Below the pieces are notes generated by a model. The model was not told the DNA's origin, did no database searches, and saw only the letters and a program-made list of their open reading frames with translations. Positions 22,630-33,421 of a DNA stretch of 33,421 nucleotides are shown in pieces; the stretch's first letter is position 1, and each line of letters begins with the position of its first letter. A program made the position numbers and the translations under genes. This DNA comes from Paramecium tetraurelia (taxonomy: Eukaryota), in the NCBI GenBank assembly GCA_000165425.1, contig CT868661.1, positions 186,001-219,421 on the forward strand. Reading direction: 5' to 3'.

Positions 22630-25255
22630 TCATAAATCATCTCTTTTATCATCACTTACAGTTTCCCATTTTGCGTCATCTGTATTTACTTTTTCCCATT
22701 TAGTTCCATCTTAATCGATGTGTGGTTCAGATGATGCCTCAGGTTCCTCTTCGATTTCAACTTCGAATTCCTTAATTGGTGCATCTCTGTCAATACCCAA
22801 GGCTGAATTGAATAATTTATAGAATCTACTAGCAAACTTTTCTGGACTTGGGATTGAATAGCCTAGATTACAATCAATGAAATAAATTACCTGAATTGAC
22901 CAAAGCAGCCTCATAGAGAACTTTAGCCATTTCTTCAGTTTCCTAATCAGGATCATCTTTAACTCTCTGTAACAATTCTTATATGGCTTAATGATTTGGA
23001 TTGATTTCAACAATCTTCTTACCAAATTGCTAAGAATTGCTTCCCTTGCTTGAATAAGCCTAAGCCTTTGATATTCTTTCCATATTAGCTGAATATCCTG
23101 ATTCTGAGGAAACAACAATGATGGGATCCTCAATCAATCTTTATGAAATGACGACTGAATCAACGTTTTCTGATAATAACTTTCTCCACCAGTCAGTCAA
23201 GGGTTAGAACACTTTCTTCAAAGCCTTTTATTTCTTTCTTTGTTCATCATTATCTTCTGGTTATTTGAAGTCACCTTTGCCAACATTAGTGAGTTTCTTT
23301 TGTTTATATTCATTCAAGTGTTAGAATGTGAATTCATCAACTGGATCTTCTAACAATAAGACTTCATATCCTTTCTTGATTAAGCCTTGAATGATTGGAG
23401 ATGACAACAATTATTCCTTATTTTCACCTGCCAAATAATAGATAGAGTCTTATCCTGGTTTTGATCTTTCAATATAGTCATCAAATGAAGTTAATTCAGT
23501 TGCATTCTTGCTTGAATACCACCTAAAATAAAATATTAGGTATAATATTTAATATATGGATAATGTTGGATTAGAAATATGTTATGTTAGATCAGACGAC
23601 TGTTTATATGATCACTTAATAAATAGAAATAATTCCATTTATTATCCATATTAATTTGTCATCATTGCATAACATACTTCATATAATAGTAATAATAATA
23701 ATGATACCTTGTTAATTCAGCCAATTTCTATCTGTTTGATGAATCTTCAATGACACCCAATTTGATATTTTTTCCATACTCTTTCCAGAATTCATTGTAT
23801 TCATCGATCTTCTTCTTTCTCTTCTCATCCTTCAATCTTTATTATTCTTCTGGAGTAGTTTCAGCCATGTTATCATCCTCTTCACCTTCTTCAGTATCTT
23901 CCTCATCTTCATCATCATATGAGGCAGCATCTTAGAATAATTCCAAGATCTTCTTAACAATCTTTCTACTGATGACCTTCAACATCTTAAGTTATTGAAG
24001 TGTTTCTCTATTGACATTTAAGGGTAATTCATCAGAATCAATAACACCTTTAACAAAACTTAAATATCTTGGAAGAATATCTTCGAATTCTTCACTGATC
24101 AAAACTCTTCTGACATACAATTTCAAGTTTGTAGTTTATTTTCCATAATAATTATCGAACATATCACTGGGTGCTCTCTTTGGAACATAAATAAGAGATG
24201 TGAATTCAACTTCACCTTCAGCTTTGAAATGAACCCAGTTGAATGGATCTTCACCTGAATTTTTAGACAAGACTTTATAGAATTTCTTATAATCATCATC
24301 TGATATCTCTTCCTTTGGTCTCAACCAAATAGCTTTGTTTTCATTTACTTACACCCACTCAGACACCTTCTCTTTAATTGTTTTAGTTGCCTTTTTCTTT
24401 GTATCTGCATCATCATCATCATCATCTTTAACTTTGACTTCATCATCATCAGTTTAATCCTATTGATCTTATTGATCTTATTATTATTCTGATTCCTCCT
24501 CTACTTACTTTGAAACTTCTCTTGTCACCTTCAAGTAAATTGGGAAATTGATAAATTCAGAGTACTTTTTGATCAACTCTCTAATTGTAGATTCTTCAGC
24601 AAATTCTACTGCATCTTATTTCAAATGAATAGTGACTTAAGTACCACGACCCAAAAGTGTTTCCTCTTGGATCTTTAGATACAGCAAATGAATGAGCTGC
24701 TTGAGATTCCCAAATGTATTAATCATCATCTGAGTTCTTTGATGCAACAGTAACCTTCTGTCCTGCCAAGAAGCATGAATAGAAACCAACACCAAATTGA
24801 CCAATCAAATTTACATTTCCACCTTTGATTGCCTCGATGAATTGAGTTGTTCCTGATTTTGCTATTGTACCCAAATTGGAAATTAGGTCATTCTTAGTCA
24901 TACCAATACCACTGTCTGTTACTGAAACTGACTTCTCTTCTGTATTTATTTCAATTCTTATTGCTAATTCTGTCTTGTCTCCCAAAATCTCTGGATTTCT
25001 AACACTTAAGAAACGAAGTTTATCAAGGGCATCGGCAGCATTTGAGATTAATTCTCTAAGAAAGATTTCCTTTTGAGTATAGAGAGAATTGATAAGAATG
25101 TCCATCAATCTACCTGTTTCAGCTTAGAATTCATGGGTTTCTTAGGATTGTTCTAATAACTTTTTTTATTCATCAGTCAAATCCTATGTCATCACTTATA
25201 CTCCTGAGAGCATAAAGAGCAACAGCAAGGCAAAGGCCTTCTATTTACTATTCAT
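22630..25255 (-). CDS. GRP94: ER Hsp90 (GRP94/endoplasmin), ~803 aa; apparent +1 insertion at 24653-24656
   Basis: Signal peptide, [54 protein letters not shown] and C-terminal RDDL ER-retention signal. Introns 23523-23707 (185 nt) and 22863-22890 (28 nt). Spliced length is 3n+1; removing one base restores DPRGNTLGRGT. Confidence 0.96.
23523..23707 (-). other. Unusually long (185 nt) GT..AG intron of GRP94 hosting a snoRNA
   Basis: Boundaries AG|GTATCA...TTTTAG|G. Removal joins KLAELTR to WYSSKN, matching the Hsp90 LLR(F/Y)xSS motif. Confidence 0.92.
23588..23670 (-). ncRNA. Intronic box C/D snoRNA; predicted 2'-O-methylation guide for LSU rRNA
   Basis: On the - strand: box C ATGATGA (23665-23659), internal hairpin 23644-23617, C'-like GTGATCA (23615-23609), guide TAAACAGTCG (23606-23597) and box D CTGA (23595-23592). 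A perfect 9-bp flanking stem TATGTTATG/CATAACATA pairs 23676-23668 with 23586-23578. Mature ends are approximate. Confidence 0.85.
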
Positions 25256-25898
25256 TAAAAATATTTATTGATTTGCATTCACCATACCTTAAATAATATA
25301 TATCCAAAAACACGTGTGTTATCACACTTTCTAGAAATTAATTAAAAAAAACTCCTTTTTATATACATTTTCAAATCCATACAAATATTCCTGGTCATTC
25401 CCTTTGAATTGAACCAAAATTATTCAATCTTTTATCAAATGTAAGCATTTCTTCACTTTAATTGTCTTAATTAAAAGGAATTTCTTAAATAAAATTAATT
25501 AATTCTCATAATATGTAATTTGGAAAAAAAAAAATGTGCTCATAAATTACTAAATACAATTAAGTGTGATATCCCAATCAATTTTAAAGATTGGAATTGT
25601 AACAAATAGTTGTCATATAATTACATAGAATATTCATTATATATATATAATAACTATATCAAAATCTTGTTAATTTACGTATCATTTCTGTTTGCCCTAT
25701 ATTCTTATTTGTCTAATTAACTATTAAGTTATTTTATGTTTTTCATAAAATTAATTGTTTAATTTAGAAATTAATTTACTACAAAATTCTATTATTTCTA
25801 TAATATATCTAAATATATATATACTTTAGCATAATAGAATTCAAAAAAATTGTGAATAAATCATAAAAAAGAAAGAAAATGTTTTAATAATAAAATAG

Positions 25899-28178
25899 AT
25901 GTATCCATTTAGAGCAACCAAATCAAATTCTTAAGAGTCATTTTTTGTTTTGCTGGTAGATGGAACAACCTCTATGAATGCACATTATCCCATATTTTTG
26001 AAATGCTATCATAATGTATGCAGTAGTATCAAACATAAATTGGCCTTTCAATTTGGAAACCAAAAAGAAGGATCCGATGTTGTTCTTTATGATATCAATA
26101 AATTCTAAGATCATCATTAGAGCAATTTCAATAAAGTTTTTAAACAATTATTTGACATTCTACTTACTTAACACAAGGATAAAAAATATCTGACCATCTG
26201 TTTCATCTCAGATGGAGTTGAACACTTTGTTTATGAAGAGTTTCTTCCATTGGTTGACCAAATAACTTCAACTTTCAAAATCTAATTTGCTAGCATTGCA
26301 GTCGGAAAAAATTTCCCGACGTCGATAAGCAATAAGTTTAGAGAAAGATTGCACAACAACGGAAATTTAGATTTTCCATCTATCTACGAAGTTATGGATC
26401 AGAGTGATTTAACTATATATTTAGATGATAATGACAATATAGCAATATAACCAGAGCAATAATAAAAATTGACTCAATAGTTTACAGATGCATTAGAGGG
26501 TCTCAAAAGATAATTGATTGTATTTACTGAATAAATTGAATTGAATGAAATAGTATATACTTCATTCTTAGATATTCAAGATCAAAAAACTAAAATTGTT
26601 CGATGCAATTAACTATTTCTATCTCCTAATCCCAATGTTTAAACAACAAAAAATGAAATAATCTAATCCTCTTCAAACGTTGAAGATTTAATTTAAATTT
26701 AGTAAGGAAGTGTTTAATAACTATTGATACATTTGTAAGCTAATGATAAAATTCAGGAAGGCAAAGCAGAATTTTAGAAGCTGCTTGATATATCAAAATA
26801 AAGTCAAAAACTATTTATTAAGACAAATTAATAAATGAATCCTTAAGCAGATTTATAAGAAATTGCTGATAATCCAAAACTTGATTTAATTAATAAGATT
26901 ATAGATTAGTGTGCATACACTGATTATTTAGCTTCTATAAAAGATAATGAAAATAGATATGCACAATTATAAGCAAATCTCGAAAAAAATCCACAGCTAT
27001 GCATTGATAAAAATTTTCAAACTCAATATAGAGAGATAAAAATTGAATAAATACTGAATAGCGTGTAACCTATGTAACAAGTTGAAATAGAGTAGGAAGT
27101 ATAAATTAAATAGTAAAATAAAATAAATACCTATGAAATTAACTTTAATTCTAAATTGATCATATTGGTTGATTCTTTTACACTATAAAAATCGTTACAA
27201 GAGGAAATATTGAAAGCCAAATAAACTGTTTATAATCAATAAGTGTAAGACAATACATAAACTTTTTGGTGGGCAGATACTATTTAAGAGAACCCAGAGT
27301 TGAGTGTTAGAAGTTAGCAACTACCATTAAATTAAGCTATTTTATAGATTCTTAGAATTATAGAGGAAGATTAATCAGGTGTCAAAAATTTCACTATTTG
27401 TTTGATTATTTCTGGAGAACATTAAATAGACTTTAAATTTTTAAGCCAAAAATAACAATAAATATAGTAATAAAATAAATTGATTGCATTTACAACCATG
27501 ATTATTGAAAATGAATAGTTAAGTATCGATAAAAAAATAGAATAACAAAGATTGTCACTTGAATTGAGACGACAACTACATACAAATAATCTAACCCATT
27601 CTCTCTAAGTATCTGCTAGGGTTAAGATATAAGAATTTCCATAATATTTAAATTTATATTTTACCATGATTAATGGATATTAATCCAAATTTTATGGAAT
27701 CAGAAGAAAAGGATGTTTTGTTAGATGCATGATTAAACAAAAAAATGCAATGTTTTTATTGAATTAGTTTATAAGCGATATAGAAGAGAGTAGACAATAA
27801 ATAATTGAAGATTCGGATTTTATACTAAATCTTCAAAAAATAAAACAACTGTATTACAAGAGGATGAATAATTATAAGGAACAAGAATTTCCAGATGAAA
27901 AATATTGTTTAGCAAAACTCAATTCAATTTTTTAATGTATTGATAAAATCAATTTATAGAACTGTTGTGATTTCTTAGATTAAATATTCCATATCAAATT
28001 AGGATTTCACGATAAGAACTAGAAAGATTTCGATTTAAATTAACTCAATCAGGCGAGAAAAATAATGCAGTATAAGAAGAAGTCAAACCTATTATAGGTT
28101 ACAATTACAATACTTGTTTTTGGAGCTATTTATTTAATTTTTAAGGGATACAAAATTAGTTTATAAAACGTATTATGA
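25899..28178 (+). CDS. vWA-domain protein (one near-canonical plus one degenerate vWA) with C-terminal TM anchor, 759 aa, intronless
   Basis: 2280-nt open frame. First copy FFVLLVDGTTSM...LTICFISDG...IQFASIAVGKNFP; second copy KLIILVDSFT...FTICLIISG...LRRQLH; terminal VTITILVFGAIYLIF. Confidence 0.82.
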
Positions 28179-28193
28179 ATTGTAATATTTTTA

Positions 28194-29957
28194 TCATTAA
28201 TAAATTTAATTCAAATAATTAATTACTAAACCTAAATTGTCATGCTTTTACTTAATTTCCAAAACAATCTAATATAAGGTTTTGTCGCTTGCTTCTGCTA
28301 ACTTATGTAATGAATATATTAGCCTAACAATCTATCGATTATATATACCTTTGATATCGAAAATAGTAGATATTCTTACTGTTATATTTCAGTCCAGGTT
28401 ATTTCATAAACTGTTTTAAGTCCTCAATAAATTTATCCTAATTCTGAATATCCAGTTTTTCATCATTGTAAGGTAATTTATTAGCTTGAAATTCCTTTTT
28501 TAAAGTCTTAAAATTGAAAATAACAACTACCTGTTAAGCAGTAAAGAATTTTTCGCATTCTTATTTGAAATTTATGAAAGGCAATTATCCATTTTTAGCA
28601 CTATTAAGAAAGATAAAAGCCAAATTGCATAGTATTCTTCTTAAAAAGAGGTACTAGTAATGAGTTATTGAAATTAAATAATTCCTAAATTTTAAGATAT
28701 TAATTATACTTATTTTAATAGACCTCATATTCAACGTAAGCAATAAGAATTCCTATTTCGTAATGTTAACATAACATAATTGTATATTACTATTATTAAC
28801 TCTAAAAGAGATTAGGAGCTTAAAAAACATTTTGTTCACAAGCTTCTTAAATTGATTTTGAAATTTATGGTAAAAATTTGGCATTATCAAATACTTGTAT
28901 ATTGTGCTTTATAGAACTGGTTTTCTCTTTTACGGGTTCTTGTTCAATATCAGTATCTGGGGTTAACATTCTTTAAGGAAAATTAGTTGGTTGGCTGGCA
29001 TAAGATTAAACGATTAATTTATGTTGAAAAAATTGGCTCCAACTAATTCTATCTTCCTCATAATACAAAAGCATTCTTTCAATCAACTCAGGGATAGAAT
29101 CATCAGCTTAAAACTAAGAGTAAATAAGAATTATAATACTTCGGGTAAGTCTCTGCTAACTCTAATGGGATTGTTTTTTAGATTGAATAATGAATTCTTA
29201 ATAATTTTATCATCACCAACTTAGAAGGGTATATTATCGAAGATTAATTTGTAAAAAATAACCCCCAACTATTAAGATCAAAATTAATGTTACAGAGAAG
29301 ATATCAGCTTAGTTAGTATAGGAAGAAGACCAGACGACTTAAGGAGAATAATATCCTGGAGTTCCTAATTTTGTATGATCTCCATATGGGTGAGCTTCTC
29401 TTGCAAAACCGAAGTCAGCAATCTTGAGATTATGGATATAATACTTTATAAGTATCATTTAAAAAAAGGATATTTCCTGGTTTTAAATCTCGATGAATGA
29501 TATTTTCAGCAATGAGTACTTTATATCCATAGCTTAGTTATTTAATGATTTCTAATGCTTCTTTAGGAGTGAATCTTTTTTTATCTTTCCTTTTTTATTT
29601 GATTAAACATTCTAGATCACATTAACATCTTTCTTAGATTATGACAATTTTTTCTTCATGCACCAATACATCTATCACTTAAATAATATTTGGATTTCCT
29701 ATTGCCACAGTTTTTATTTTGGACATTACTTCAAATTCCCTACTTTACTTTTTATCATGTTGAAGGATTTAGGTAATCTGAAAAATAATAATCTCAAATT
29801 CTATTACCTTTGCACATAACTTTTGATCAGAATTTGGTTTTGTTCTATCTCGGCATTCATATACAACCCCATAACTTCCTCTTCCGATTTACTTGTTTCT
29901 ATCGATCTCATATTTTTCTTCCAGTAGAATTATATTATCATTTTATTCACAATCCAT
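28194..29957 (-). CDS. Ser/Thr protein kinase, ~528 aa (C-terminal exon model less certain)
   Basis: IGRGSYGVVY, LCAK, IIHRDLKPGNIL, KIADFGFAR, LGTPGYYSPQ (APE replaced by SPQ), ADIFSLGVIFY and DRISW. Five to seven tiny introns (22-30 nt); TGA 28194-28196. Confidence 0.9.
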
Positions 29958-30056
29958 CCTTTGATTTCAATTTTATTTATAAATAATTAATATCTTCTTT
30001 ATAAAAATATAAATTAAAATCGAATATATTATTTATGATACAAATATTTAGTCTAT

Positions 30057-32484
30057 TCATAAAATTTTATACATAATTTGTCTAGCAATGTATTGAGCAA
30101 ATCTATTCTTATGACCCCGTATCTTCTCCAAAACTCTAGAATATATATTATAATTATTAATCAATTTAATCACTTTTGTGATATTATAATGCGGGTAATA
30201 ATAATCGTATTCTTCTACTTTATCTACGTTAGTTTCTGCATTGAATATGTAAGTCTAATTATCCTCCTGAGTCTCTTAGGCATTATTCCCAGAAGGCACA
30301 AGTAAGCTTCTATGACTCACTTGCCTCATGCCTCTACCTTTGATTATCAGTCTCTGATCTGGCTGATTCAAAGAACCCTATTAGGAATGTTAAACAACTG
30401 TCTAATCAGGATACGATGATTCATCTTCATCATTTCTTTGAATGCCTAATTTAATGAGAAATTTGCTGTCAACAGCAGCCAGAGTTTTGTTTTACTCCAA
30501 GATCTGATCCAAGGCTCTCTCCTTAATTAATTAGGAGTTGATCCTCGTCTTCTTTCTCTATCTAATAAAAGTATGTCTCTCATGATCGACACTGCTATTG
30601 TAAATTGAGATCACTTTATTTTTGTTTTTTCTAAAGAAGACTAGAGGACAATGTTTGAATTGATGATGACTAGAACATGCCTCACAGATTATTTGATTGT
30701 TATTGTCTCCAAATTACGCTTCGATCCAAAGTAAGTACTATAGCTTTTCATACTATGCGTTGTCATTCTACAGGATATTCAAGAAATCAGTTTAATTGAT
30801 GTAGGCTACCTAAACAAAGGTTTAGGCCACCATGTCAAACTACATATAATCCTGAAAGAAGAACTCCCTTTCGCAAACCAGCTTCCCCACTTATGTATCT
30901 TTTAATTGTCCTGTCTAATAATACTGACTTGATTCTTCCCGATAACACAATGTATAGTTTATCAGGATGGTCATCCTTCTTTATGATAAATTCTTCAGGG
31001 GCATAAGTTCTTTCATGAACGCAAAAGCAAAGTTTCTTAAGGATGTCATCAGAGAGATTTGACCCTAACAATTTAGATTTCTTTAAGTAACTGTAATACA
31101 TTGCTATTTAAACCTCCTATTTTAATTTTGGATTCAATTATCCCATTAATTCATCCAAATCCAACTCTTCCTCCTATTTAAACTACAAGTAATATTCAAT
31201 GTATTTTCGAACTCTAAATTGTAATTGTGTATTTAATCCCCTCTATTTTATGTGATTGCTTACAAGTCTAAGTTTGGCATTATTAAGATTTTATTATTCG
31301 GCTAATTTATAGAAGATACTTTGGATCATTCCTAATGCATACCCGAAAGTTCCAACCACTAGAAATGTCAGAAAAGTGACTAAGATCTTTTCAGGAGTTG
31401 TCACAGGTACAATATCTCCATATCCCACAGTCATCGAGGTTATGGTAACCCAATACAATGAAGTAAAGTATTTTACATATGCATCTGCTTCGTATATTCC
31501 TTGTTAGTGAAGCCAAGTGTGCGTGTAACCGTTATCTACTTCAAGAATTGCAAAGTAATGAAATAAACATGCACAGAAATGAGAAATCAACAAAAGAGAA
31601 TAAATCAAACAGAATAGAGAATATATTACAGCTGTCTTTTCCTTGAAATTAGAAATCTCCTCTATAACAACCATCGTCCTTCTTACCTTCGTCATGCGTA
31701 TCAACATTAGGTAATTTGCAAATGAGTAGCCGAACCATGAGAGTATGAAGGGCAACACAACTGTTAGATCAATAATGAACTCTCCTTTCACGTAATGCCA
31801 AAAAATATCGCGTTTAGATGTATGTAATATTCCTCTAACATAGTAGCCTTTAAAAAAGTTCAAGACTAATTCGACCAAAAATATGCAACTTGGAAGAGTA
31901 CTAAATAATAGGTAAGCATTTCCTATTTCTTCTCTGCTCAAATCAAAGGACAATTACAATGGAACATAGAGAATATTCATGATGGTTACAAACATCAAGA
32001 TAACATCCCATACAAATAGAAACTTATCCGCAGGTAATAAAACAGTTTGATTACTTTTTAGAAATGACCATATTCTTCCACCATAATGCATTGGCTAGTT
32101 TTCCTTCATACTTCATTTAACCAACCTATTTCTTATTAAAATGACACATACTCTTGTTGGCTTATTTTCTAACAGTCCACTATAAAGGTAATATTAAAAT
32201 GAGCTTGTCCGATCCCTTATCAAATAAAAAATGTTCTTATTCAATATCTTGAATCTATAAATAGGTGAATAATGCTTCATTTTAGTGATAAAAATGGCTA
32301 TTTTTTGAATGATCTTTAAAGGCTTCAATTTCCATACACTAATTATTTTATCAATTTACTCACTGTTCTCGAACTGTTAGATTTCTTTTTCAACATTATT
32401 CATGGCTTCTAATTCGATCCTCTTATCTTCTTAATGCTTTGCTTCTTTTAGAGCAAACTATAACAAGAATCTCGGCTTATTCAT
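30057..32484 (-). CDS. Second CNBD K+ channel, ~799 aa; two apparent +1 insertions (~32070-32112 and 30885-30888), so assembly error or young pseudogene
   Basis: LLPADKFLFVWD S1, S4-like YLMLIRMTKVRR, pore SLYWVTITSMTVGYGDIVP, CNBD YAPEEFIIKKDDHPDKLYIVLSG and CEACSSHHQFKHCP. With one 26-nt intron (~32126-32151) the spliced length is 3n+2. Confidence 0.88.
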
Positions 32485-32966
32485 ATGTAATGATTTAGAT
32501 TTATAAAATTGCTTATAAAAAATTAACCATTCTTAACACAGATTAAGTTGTCGAAAATTAACCAAAAGTTATCTACTATACTTATAAGCCCCATACTCAT
32601 TATAAATTTTTCAGCAAAAAAATGGATTACATTTCGATACCCATCACACAATGATATTTGAGAATTTGGAATTTGAAACAAGAGGAATGAAAGATGAGTT
32701 CCTGGACAAATTAATTAGAATGTCTTGAATTATAAAAGAGTTTCGGTTAAAAATTGATTAACAAATAATTAAGGAAAATAATAATGGGTAGTTGATATTA
32801 GAGAAAATTAACTTAATATTTATATAACTTCTTACAATTTGATATAATTTGAAGATTGAGTAATTGTTGGTATCACTCTGATTGCTAGGGTCTCCCCCTG
32901 AACTTAAAAGCAATCGATGAACAATCTCTCTTTTCAAAACAAAATTATAATTAATTCATTTATATA

Positions 32967-33421
32967 ATGGAAGAAGAATAATAAATCTTGAAATACGGAG
33001 ACAATATTATTCTTAGATGCATGGTAGACAACAAGATATACTATCTACTTGCTCGAAATGAACAGTACCTTATGGAGACTAGGTTGTAATTAGGTAACTC
33101 TTGCACCTTTAATATGTATAATTTCCCTCAACATATGGTGTTCACTGTGTTTCCCAAACTTTTGTACGAAGCCCAAAAGAAATACAATTCCGACTAGTAG
33201 TTTGGAGCCTCTTTGGACTTTTAGAAGCAACTCCTTTATACGAGAATGGAGACAGAAAAAAAATATAATCAGAATCTTTTGAAGTAAACTAAGGGACAAA
33301 AAATCATGTATGGAGATACAATAATGCTCTACCAACCATTGAGTTAAGTATTTTTGTTAAGAGCAGAAAACCGACCTTCTAACTGTCACCCAGATGACAT
33401 TAAACCTTTACAGTTCCTTAA
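32967..33421 (+). CDS. 5' end of an IP3-receptor/ryanodine-receptor-like Ca2+ release channel (N-terminal suppressor-domain-like), truncated by window
   Basis: ILKYGDNIILR...MVFTVFPKLLYEAQKKY...RMETEKKYNQNLLKQTKGQKIMYGDTIMLYQPLSQVFL parallels the IP3R N-terminus pattern (L-x2-GD...F-x2-P-x3-Y-x-AQK...EKK-x-N...G-x2-I-x-YG-x2-I-x-L). Confidence 0.8.

Noticed and set aside
23523..23707. Retained germline IES instead of an intron
   Set aside because: GT..AG removal restores the conserved R-W-Y-S-S motif, whereas the nearest TA-to-TA excision deletes the Trp. snoRNA boxes in sense orientation explain the length.
32651..32728. 25-codon ORF MIFENLEFETRGMKDEFLDKLIRMS
   Set aside because: Too short, with no motif; could be chance or a remnant.

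Overview
AT-rich, gene-dense ciliate macronuclear DNA, almost certainly Paramecium. TAA/TAG read as Gln and only TGA stops, nearly all introns are 22-32 nt GT..AG, and a trichocyst matrix protein gene is present. The supplied standard-code ORF track is therefore mostly fragments or artefacts. Manual re-translation with the ciliate code gives about 20 protein genes: a partial gene at the left edge, tRNA-splicing endonuclease subunit, HTH protein, trichocyst matrix protein, RPL4, a HF-x-LG repeat protein, a secreted beta/gamma-crystallin-like protein, SmD3, truncated hemoglobin, EF-hand protein, two CNBD K+ channels, cyclin, m-AAA protease, KDM5-like demethylase, a small hypothetical protein, Rab1-like GTPase, GRP94, tandem-vWA protein, Ser/Thr kinase and the start of an IP3R-like channel. 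There are also one to three probable gene remnants. The standout is a 185-nt intron in GRP94, about 7 times the local norm. It carries a complete box C/D snoRNA with a predicted LSU rRNA guide and a decoy 31-nt GT..AG unit at its 5' end. Other notable points: an EF-hand gene head-to-head with a K+ channel with only 26 nt between ATGs, CCHC knuckles in both channels, and several +1 single-base insertions that are probably assembly errors. No database searches were run; family calls come from motif recognition.
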